DNA of 12,166 nucleotides from an uncultured Pseudomonadota bacterium (GTDB lineage: Bacteria > SAR324 > NAC60-12), in assembly GCA_913020725.1 (NCBI GenBank), contig CAJWCD010000110.1, positions 1-12,166 of the forward strand, given 5' to 3'. The notes beneath the pieces were generated by a model, which had not been told where the DNA came from, searched no databases, and saw only the letters and a list, made by a program, of their open reading frames with translations. Every line of letters starts with the position of its first letter. Positions within the stretch are counted from its first letter, which is position 1. Shown here in pieces: positions 1 to 6,243 of the stretch. Both the position numbers and the translations under genes were made by a program.

Positions 1-5
1 GTGGC

Positions 6-82
6 TGGCGCGCCTGGAAGGATTCGAACCTCCGACACCAGGGATCGAAACCCTGTGCTCTATCCAACTGAGCTACAGGCGC
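6..82 (-). tRNA. tRNA-Arg, anticodon UCG
   Basis: Reverse complement folds as a 77-nt cloverleaf: acceptor GCGCCTG/CAGGCGC, D arm GCTC-AGTTGGATA-GAGC (A20 Arg identity element), anticodon arm CAGGG-TT-TCG-AT-CCCTG, T arm GGAGG-TTCGAAT-CCTTC, discriminator G, encoded CCA at 6-8. Confidence 0.95.
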
Positions 83-909
83 ATGTGAGGACTGCGGCAG
101 GAAAATTTGGAGTGGACGCCAAGGCGAAACTCCGGGAGCTCCGGAGCAGACTTTTGCATCCCTTCCAAGGTCATCACGTTAGCAGCAGCATGGGGCAAGG
201 GCAATGCTTGGTGTTGCGCCCAGTGGGACTCACTAAGGAAGAGCAGTTCCTTCCACATCACAATCGGCGAGGTTTCAAAGACTGTGAGGGCATTGCCCCA
301 ATGGACCTGCCAATCGCCCCGCAGCACCTCGTTGTCGAGTTGCCCCGCTGTCCAACCGGCGTATCCCGCATAGACCCGAAAGCGCAGACTTCCGGAAGCG
401 TCCTGCTGGAGCGTGTCTTCGAGAATGCCGGGATTGCCTCCGACATAAACTCCGTCAATGAGTTGTGCCGACTCTTCGTCAAATGGACGGGGAGAGCCGT
501 GTAGCAGAAAAACCTGATTCTTTGACACCGGACCTCCGAAGTGGAGGACATCGGGCCGCTCCTGCAAATCTTCAACCTCGGGCAAAACCTCCACTAGCCG
601 AACATCGGTGGGGCGATTGAGGATTAGTCCCATTGCCCCGTCCGGATTGTAGTCGAGCAGCAGGATAACAGTTCGGGAGAATGTTCCACCCCCGATTTGC
701 GGGGTGGCGATCAGCAGTTTCCCCTGTGCCAGCCGCTGACGATGAGCGAGACTTTTGAAGTACTGAAACGGGCGGGGTTCGTTGACAGCTTGCTCTGGGG
801 TGAAAAAGGACGGAGCCATCAACAGCGGAATGGAGACCGCCGGAACCGCCCAGCCTGAGAGCAGCAGGGCCACAAACAGAACCGTGAGGCTTTTTCGGAA
901 CAGCAGCAC
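73..909 (-). CDS. yqgE: YqgE/AlgH (DUF179/UPF0301) family protein with signal-peptide-like N-terminus, ~278 aa
   Basis: Family motifs GKLLIATP, FSRTVILL, GAMGLILNRP, FGGPV, FRVYAGYAGWTAGQLDNEV..GDW. The 345-aa track ORF runs through tRNA-His, so the start was moved to GTG 909 (VLLFRKSLTVLFVALLLSGWA); ATG 819 is an alternative. No clear SD. Stop TAG at 73-75. Confidence 0.85.
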   Translation of the reverse strand: MLLFRKSLTVLFVALLLSGWAVPAVSIPLLMAPSFFTPEQAVNEPRPFQYFKSLAHRQRLAQGKLLIATPQIGGGTFSRTVILLLDYNPDGAMGLILNRPTDVRLVEVLPEVEDLQERPDVLHFGGPVSKNQVFLLHGSPRPFDEESAQLIDGVYVGGNPGILEDTLQQDASGSLRFRVYAGYAGWTAGQLDNEVLRGDWQVHWGNALTVFETSPIVMWKELLFLSESHWAQHQALPLPHAAANVMTLEGMQKSAPELPEFRLGVHSKFSCRSPHMRL

Positions 910-956
910 GCTAGAGAACGGCAGGTGGAAAATCGTTGATCGGCAGTGGAGACTGG
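908..956 (-). repeat. Degenerate 7-nt periodic tract between tRNA-His and yqgE
   Basis: Minus strand reads CCAGTCT CCACTGC CGATCAA CGATTTT CCACCTG CCGTTCT CTAGCGT: seven 7-mers all starting with C, five with CNA. Highly degenerate. Confidence 0.3.
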
Positions 957-1030
957 GGCGAGCGAAGGGACTTGAACCCTCGACCACCGGGATCACAACC
1001 CGATGCTCTACCAGCTGAGCTACGCTCGCC
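954..1030 (-). tRNA. tRNA-His, anticodon GUG
   Basis: G-1 plus acceptor GCGAGCG/CGCTCGC, C73 (G-1:C73 His identity pair), D arm GCTC-AGCTGGTA-GAGC, anticodon arm TCGGG-TT-GTG-AT-CCCGG, T loop TTCAAGT, CCA at 954-956. Confidence 0.96.
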
Positions 1031-1042
1031 ACCGTGTCTGAC

Positions 1043-1071
1043 ATTAGACGAAAAGGCGCAGGGAACCTCAA
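1043..1071 (-). promoter_or_regulatory. Putative sigma70 promoter for the tRNA-His/yqgE/tRNA-Arg unit
   Basis: Minus strand TTGAGG (1071-1066), 17-nt spacer, TCTAAT (1048-1043), ending 12 nt before G-1 of tRNA-His. Confidence 0.55.
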
Positions 1072-1079
1072 CACAAATG

Positions 1080-2162
1080 TCATTCGCCCAGCTCGGAATT
1101 CCGGCTCCACGGCAGCAGCACCTCAAAGCATGCTCCGCCGGATTTTGCAGGAGCGTAGCGGATTTGCCCGCCGTGGGCGCGGATGAGCCGATGCGTGATG
1201 GGGAGTCCGAGACCGTGTCCGGAGGTCTTCGTGGTGAAGAAGGGTTTGAACAACTGCTCCACATCTTCTGGCGCAACCCCGTGGCCTTCATCGGAGAGCG
1301 TGACGAGCAGGTACGATTGGGAGGGATCGAGCGTGGTTCCGGCCAGCTCCCAGCGTGAGCAGGGGCGGGTTTCCAAACGAACCCTCCCTTCCGGAGGCGA
1401 TGCTTCCACCGCGTTTCTCACCAGATTGAGGAAAATCTGGTGGAGCTTGTCGCGGTCACCGTGGAGCGGCGGCAGGGAGAGATCGAAATGAGCGTGAAAG
1501 CGCAGCATCGGGGAGTGTTGCTTTTCAAACTCAATGATGTTCGCCAGCAGTTCGTGGAGGTCCACCGACTGGAGGTGCAGCGGGGCAGGATGCGCGAAAT
1601 GCTGGAGATTTTGCAGCAACCGCTCGATGCGCTCCAACTCGCCCAGCATCAGGCCAAACGCATCTCCGTGAGTTCGGGAGACCTGTGCATCGCGCTGAAT
1701 GAGTTGCAACGCACCCTTGATGCCACTGAGCGGGTTGCGGATTTCGTGAGCCAGCGAGGCCGTCATCAGCCCAAGCTGCTCCATGATGCGTTCCTCGACC
1801 TCCCGCGCTTGGGCCGCGTGGTGATGGGTGGTGTCCAAGAGACACAGCAGGACCTGTGTCACGCCTCCGGAGTCGTCAAGCACAGGGCTTGCGATCACAT
1901 CCAGCACCCGTTCTGCCAGCAGCCGACTTTGTGGGTGCAGTCCGGGCCGACGGATGGTTTTCCCCGTGGAGAAAACCTGTTCAACATGCCGCAACACTTC
2001 AGGGTCGTCTGGGAACAAATCCTCTGCGTGCAGTTGTTGAAGTCGTTCTGCATTCAGCACCCAAAGCTGCGCCGCCGCTTCGTTGCTGAAGCACACCCCG
2101 CCCTCGTGGTCAAGCACCACCGTTGCCTGCGTCAACAAATCCAGTGTGAATTTTGCTTCCAT
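1080..2162 (-). CDS. ntrB: NtrB/GlnL-like cytoplasmic PAS-HisKA-HATPase sensor histidine kinase, 360 aa
   Basis: N-terminal PAS (VVLDHEGGVCFSNEAAAQLW), H box LAHEIRNPLSGIKGALQLI (cf. NtrB LAHEIKNPLGGLRGAAQLL), FDLSLP..GDRDKLHQIFLNLVRNA N box, DEGHG G1, LFKPFFTTK F box, GHGLGL G2; no TM segments. Kinase call is firm, NtrB orthology less so. Confidence 0.85.
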   Translation of the reverse strand: MEAKFTLDLLTQATVVLDHEGGVCFSNEAAAQLWVLNAERLQQLHAEDLFPDDPEVLRHVEQVFSTGKTIRRPGLHPQSRLLAERVLDVIASPVLDDSGGVTQVLLCLLDTTHHHAAQAREVEERIMEQLGLMTASLAHEIRNPLSGIKGALQLIQRDAQVSRTHGDAFGLMLGELERIERLLQNLQHFAHPAPLHLQSVDLHELLANIIEFEKQHSPMLRFHAHFDLSLPPLHGDRDKLHQIFLNLVRNAVEASPPEGRVRLETRPCSRWELAGTTLDPSQSYLLVTLSDEGHGVAPEDVEQLFKPFFTTKTSGHGLGLPITHRLIRAHGGQIRYAPAKSGGACFEVLLPWSRNSELGE

Positions 2163-2211
2163 CGGTTTCTACGCCTTTCACCTTTAGTCTTTCCCCTGTG
2201 GTCCCAAGAAC

Positions 2212-2312
2212 TTAAAGTGACATGAGTTTTGGATCAGCAAACTAGGGAAATGAGAAGTCGTTTTTCCCCTTTGCAAAAGGAACCCCTTATCCAAAACCCA
2301 CATTAAAGTGAC
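2212..2312. mobile_element. Putative MITE-like element (2221-2302) with imperfect terminal inverted repeats and 9-10-bp flanking direct repeats; alternatively a structured RNA
   Basis: TTAAAGTGAC at 2212-2221 and 2303-2312; TGAGTTTTGGAT (2223-2234) is inverted with ATCCAAAACCCA (2289-2300), 11/12; internal stems GCAAA/TTTGC, GGGAAA/TTTCCC, AAGG/CCTT. Confidence 0.5.
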
Positions 2313-2343
2313 CGAGTTACAAGAACAAGCTGGAGTAAGCCGA

Positions 2344-5300
2344 GTGCCCACTGTCCGGATTGTGAAACAGTCGGAGCTGTTTCGCTCCCAACCATCCCAG
2401 CCCCTGCTGGACATCCGCACCGACCGCAAGATTGTCGTGGAGGCATCTGCTGGCACGGGCAAGACTTTCGCCATCATCGAGTTGGTGCTGGAACTGGTCT
2501 TGGAAGCCGGGATGCCTCTCAAGGAAATCCTGCTCGTCACCTTCACCGAAAAGGCGACCCATGAGTTGCGAGAACGGCTGCGGAGCCGACTCCGTGGTTT
2601 GCTCCAGCAACGGGAGTCCGGAACCTCAGACCCACTGGCAACCGAGCAACCCCATTGGGTGCTGGATGACGCCCGCGCCGAGGAACTTCAGCGGGCCCTG
2701 CTCGATTTTGATGCGATTGCGATTCACACCATCCACGGTTTCTGTCTGCGCGTGCTCCGGGAGTTCGCGTTTGAGAACCGCCAGCTCTTTGCACAGAAGC
2801 AAACCCCTGTCCACGAATACCTTCCGGATCTGTTGGACAGCTTGCTGCGTCAACAACTGCTGCAACCACACACCGCCTTGGGGCGGATGTTTCAACAAGC
2901 CGTGAAACGCACTGGGCTGCGCCCCTCCAGCTTGCTCAAGGAAGTCGCCGAGTTGCAGGGGCATCCGGATCGCCTGATCCCGGATTTTCCGGATTTGGAA
3001 ACGCTGCTCGCCGATTTCCAACCCGTCTGGGATCGTCTGCTGGAGTGTAACCAGCAACAAGCGGCAACCGCAAATTCCGACGCTGCTCATCCCGTCCGAG
3101 TCGCCTACGAACAACTGAATCTCAACGGAACCTCCAGCAAAAAAATGTTCGTGGTGCTGGACTCGCTCACGCATCTGCTGGAGCAAGCGCAGCAGGGTTT
3201 GGACCCGGATGAGGTGCTGGGGCAGAGCATGGCGATGGACTTGGGTAAAGTTGCGAACCCCAAGCTCAACAAATCGCTCAAACCAGACAAATGGAATGCT
3301 CTTGCTGAATTGCCCCCGCAAGTTGCCGAATGGCGAAACGCCGTGGAAACCTTGCACATTCTGCTGAGCAAGGCTGGACTCTCCGGCGCGCAGAGCAAGC
3401 ACTGGAAGGCGTGGCTGCTGAAAGCGCTGATCGGCCAGTTCCGCCTCAACCTAGATGCCCACAAGGAGGAAGCTGCGATTTACGACTACGATGACATGCT
3501 CACGCGGGTGCAGGCGCAACTGCGTCCAGCAGTTCCCGGAGCCGCCGCACTCCGCAACGCCCTGCGCTCCCGCTATCACTGCGCGGTGGTGGACGAGTTT
3601 CAGGACACCGATCCTGTGCAGTGGTCCATTTTCCGGGAACTGTTCCTGATCGCTCCGGAGCAGCGCTTGGTGGTGATCAGCGATCCCAAGCAAGCAATTT
3701 ACGGATTCCGACAAGCCGACTTGGAAACGTACCGCGAGGCGCGTCGGGAATTGCTGGAACATTCCGGACGCAGCACCCCCTTCACGCTCGACAAAAACTT
3801 TCGTTCCTCCGCCGCGCTGCTTGAAGACGTGAATCGGATTTTCGGACGTCCAGAGTTTTTTGACAATGCGGGGGACGGCGCGGACGGCATTGTCTATCAA
3901 AACCTCAACTGCGGAAATCCGGCGATTGACCTGAAAGTCGCCGGGGCAGCAGCGGAGCCTCCAATTCAGTTACTGGTTCCGGAACCGCGTTTTCGCCTGC
4001 AAGCGAGACATTTTGAAGCAGGCACCAAAGCCCTGCCTCCGGAGTTGCAGGAACCTCTTGCTCTACTGCGGAACCGCACGTTTCTTGGTGAGACCACATT
4101 TGTCGAGCAGGTGCAGGCACACTTGCCAAACCCCGAGGACGCGCAAGCCGTGCAGGCCGTGTTGAAACGGGCGTTGGACGAAAAAACTGCTTTTTCCGAA
4201 AGTCAGCTGCGGGAGTTGTGCGCACAAGAAATCCGCAGGTTGCTCCATGATCCGCCGACTTGGTTTGACAAGGAAAAACCGGAACATCGTCTCCTGCGTG
4301 CAGGAGACATCGCTGTGCTGTGCCGCAAACGCAAGGAGGCGGATGCGCTTGCCTCGACCTTCCGGAAGCACGGGATTCCGCACACGGTTTACAAGCAGTC
4401 CGGGTTGTTTCAAACTCGTGCGGCGCAGGAAATCCTCGTCTTTTTGCAAGCCATTGAACAACCAGAAGGCTGGTCGCAGATGCAGCAGGCGTGGCTCACG
4501 AGTTTCTTCTGTGCCCGGCTGGAAATGCTGGGAGCGCAACGCTCGCTAGGCTGGAGTCATCCGCTACGTCGGCAGTTCGTGGAGTGGCAGGAATTGGCTG
4601 AGCAACGCCGTTACCGCCGCCTCTTCAGCACACTGCTGAAATTCACGCAGGTCGTGGAGCGGGATTTGCTCCATAATCTTGCCGAACGGGAAACGACCAA
4701 CCGCCTGCATTTGATTCAGCATCTGATCCAAGATGGACTTGCCCAACACCTCGACCTCCCGGAACTCATCCAAAACCTGCAACGCCGCATCGATTCGCCC
4801 GGAGAATCCGGCAACGACAACACCCTGCGGCGGGACAGCGAACAGGACGCCGTGCAGGTGATGACCATTCACGCAGCGAAGGGGCTGGAATTTCCGGTGG
4901 TGTTTGTTTGTGGTGGGCTCACAGGCCCGCATCCCAATCGGCTCCACCGCTATCACGATGATCAGAAAACCGTGGTCATCGACTTGCTCCGGGGAGCCAA
5001 GGAGCAGGTTGAGCAGGAAGAGCAGGAGGAAAACGAACGGATACTCTACGTCGCCCTCACCCGTGCGTGCGGACGGCTCTACCTCCCGGCTTTTCCCCGG
5101 CTGGAACACTGCCCGGAACTTCGGACCTGCAAGCTCTCAGCAGGGGCGCCGCTGGCCTTGTTGCAGAACGCTTTGGATGAGTTCCGGAGTCAGGAGTCAG
5201 GAATTGTCGGAGCGGGCCATGCCCGCGAACCAATGACCAGCCCCCAGCCGCCGCCTTCGCTCAGGCTCCGAGAACGCTCCCTGAGTGGAGTCGAAAGGAG

Positions 5301-6243
5301 TGCCCAACTTTCCCCGGCAATCTTCCGAGCACTGAAAGCGAAACATCGGGGTTTGGTGGCCACCTCCTTCTCACGGCTCAACCGCCAAGACGAGCAGGCA
5401 GTAAATGCAGGAGCAGGGCAGACCCACAAATCTATCCCCAAAGCAACGCAAACACTTTTGCCGGAACAGTTGGAGGAACCAAAAGAGGGTGACGAAATTT
5501 CAGTGAACGAACCGCTCCGCTCCGTCGCCAGTCCGGAACCACTGCCCGGTGGCGCCAAGGCCGGAACCTACTTGCATGAGTTGCTGGAGCGGGTGGATTT
5601 TGAGGATGTGAAGCGAGCCGCAAGTTTTGAAGAGTGGTTGGAGCGCACTCAATACCTGTTGCAGTCCGTTTCTGACCAGCATGGCATTGATGAAACCGGA
5701 CGAGACCATGCGGCCTCATTGGTTTGGTATGCGCTGACGCGCCCGCTGCCGATCCCTGCCAGCGGGCAAACGTTGCGGATTTCGAATTGCTCCCGGAAAC
5801 TCGTGGAGTTGGCCTTCCACCTCCCCATTCCGGAAGACCACCATCCCGCCTTGGGAATGCCAGCCACCAGCAAAACTTGGCAAATTGAACGGGGCTATCT
5901 ACAGGGCTCCATTGACCTGCTCTTTGAATACGAAGCGCCGGAACCGTTGGCGCAGAAACGCATCTACCTCGTGGACTGGAAAAGCAACCGCCTCGACAAT
6001 TATCAACCAAAGACGCTCGCAGCAACCGTGCAGGAGCATTACGCGTTGCAGGTTAAAATCTATACGCTGGCAACCGCCCACTGGCTGGGCATCCAAACCG
6101 CCGAGGAGTGGGAACAACGCTTTGGTGGAGTGCTGTATGTCTTCCTGCGAGGAATGCCCCACGGACCTGCCGTTGATTTTCAGCAGCCGACTTGGGCGCA
6201 GGTGCAGGGTATCCGCGACACTTTGCAGAGCAGGGCATATTGA
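2344..6243 (+). CDS. recB: RecB (exodeoxyribonuclease V beta chain): UvrD-like SF1 helicase plus C-terminal PD-(D/E)xK nuclease
   Basis: VVEASAGTGKT (Walker A), VTFTEKAT.ELRERL, TIHGFC, DYDDML, VVDEFQDTD..QW, DPKQAIYGFRQAD, NFRS, DIAVLCR, MTIHAAKGLEFPVV, LYVALTRA; nuclease GTYLHELLE, GSIDL, LVDWKSN, YALQ..IY, FGGVLYVFLRG. GTG 2344 has GGAG 8 nt upstream; GTG 2308 (1311 aa) is the longest alternative. Confidence 0.93.
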   Translation: MPTVRIVKQSELFRSQPSQPLLDIRTDRKIVVEASAGTGKTFAIIELVLELVLEAGMPLKEILLVTFTEKATHELRERLRSRLRGLLQQRESGTSDPLATEQPHWVLDDARAEELQRALLDFDAIAIHTIHGFCLRVLREFAFENRQLFAQKQTPVHEYLPDLLDSLLRQQLLQPHTALGRMFQQAVKRTGLRPSSLLKEVAELQGHPDRLIPDFPDLETLLADFQPVWDRLLECNQQQAATANSDAAHPVRVAYEQLNLNGTSSKKMFVVLDSLTHLLEQAQQGLDPDEVLGQSMAMDLGKVANPKLNKSLKPDKWNALAELPPQVAEWRNAVETLHILLSKAGLSGAQSKHWKAWLLKALIGQFRLNLDAHKEEAAIYDYDDMLTRVQAQLRPAVPGAAALRNALRSRYHCAVVDEFQDTDPVQWSIFRELFLIAPEQRLVVISDPKQAIYGFRQADLETYREARRELLEHSGRSTPFTLDKNFRSSAALLEDVNRIFGRPEFFDNAGDGADGIVYQNLNCGNPAIDLKVAGAAAEPPIQLLVPEPRFRLQARHFEAGTKALPPELQEPLALLRNRTFLGETTFVEQVQAHLPNPEDAQAVQAVLKRALDEKTAFSESQLRELCAQEIRRLLHDPPTWFDKEKPEHRLLRAGDIAVLCRKRKEADALASTFRKHGIPHTVYKQSGLFQTRAAQEILVFLQAIEQPEGWSQMQQAWLTSFFCARLEMLGAQRSLGWSHPLRRQFVEWQELAEQRRYRRLFSTLLKFTQVVERDLLHNLAERETTNRLHLIQHLIQDGLAQHLDLPELIQNLQRRIDSPGESGNDNTLRRDSEQDAVQVMTIHAAKGLEFPVVFVCGGLTGPHPNRLHRYHDDQKTVVIDLLRGAKEQVEQEEQEENERILYVALTRACGRLYLPAFPRLEHCPELRTCKLSAGAPLALLQNALDEFRSQESGIVGAGHAREPMTSPQPPPSLRLRERSLSGVERSAQLSPAIFRALKAKHRGLVATSFSRLNRQDEQAVNAGAGQTHKSIPKATQTLLPEQLEEPKEGDEISVNEPLRSVASPEPLPGGAKAGTYLHELLERVDFEDVKRAASFEEWLERTQYLLQSVSDQHGIDETGRDHAASLVWYALTRPLPIPASGQTLRISNCSRKLVELAFHLPIPEDHHPALGMPATSKTWQIERGYLQGSIDLLFEYEAPEPLAQKRIYLVDWKSNRLDNYQPKTLAATVQEHYALQVKIYTLATAHWLGIQTAEEWEQRFGGVLYVFLRGMPHGPAVDFQQPTWAQVQGIRDTLQSRAY
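5186..5206 (+). repeat. Short heptamer tandem GGAGTCA GGAGTCA GGAATTG inside recB
   Basis: Two exact GGAGTCA copies (5186-5199) plus a degenerate third; encodes RSQESGI. Confidence 0.45.
5206..5229 (+). repeat. REP-like palindrome inside recB
   Basis: GTCG-GA-GCGGGC-CAT-GCCCGC-GAA: 6-bp GC stem with 3-nt loop preceded by a GTAG-like tetranucleotide, the layout of GTAG-family REPs; encodes VGAGHARE. Confidence 0.6.
5254..5298. repeat. Degenerate inverted-repeat (REP-like) element inside recB
   Basis: CCTTCG-CTCAGG (5254-5265) pairs with CCTGAG (5280-5285) and CGAAAGG (5292-5298); right arm TCCCTGAGTGGAGTCGAAAGG resembles the CTGAGCGGAGTCGAAG-type intergenic repeats I recall from other bacteria; encodes PSLRLRERSLSGVER. 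Confidence 0.5.

Noticed and set aside
1..504. 167-aa plus-strand ORF
   Set aside because: Antisense to tRNA-Arg and yqgE; no recognisable motifs.
910..1110. N-terminal 67 aa of the 345-aa ORF 73..1110
   Set aside because: It is translation through tRNA-His and its promoter; not DUF179-like.
1440..2225. 261-aa plus-strand ORF, and similar long antisense ORFs (2626-3402, 4564-5109, 6372-7013, 8465-9106)
   Set aside because: Shadow frames of well-supported GC-rich genes on the opposite strand.
2271..2290. GG-N10-GC on the minus strand upstream of the kinase as a sigma54 promoter
   Set aside because: The -24 element reads AGGGGT rather than TGGCAC, and it lies within the MITE-like element.
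6192..6242. Upstream TTG start of the 630-aa ORF
   Set aside because: Would overlap recB by 52 nt; the TGATG-coupled ATG at 6243 is more plausible.
2344..6243. Helicase-nuclease as a novel defence system or AddA
   Set aside because: Size and motifs (EASAGTGKT, DPKQAIY, DWKSN, GG..Y.FLRG) fit RecB; no defence-type neighbours.
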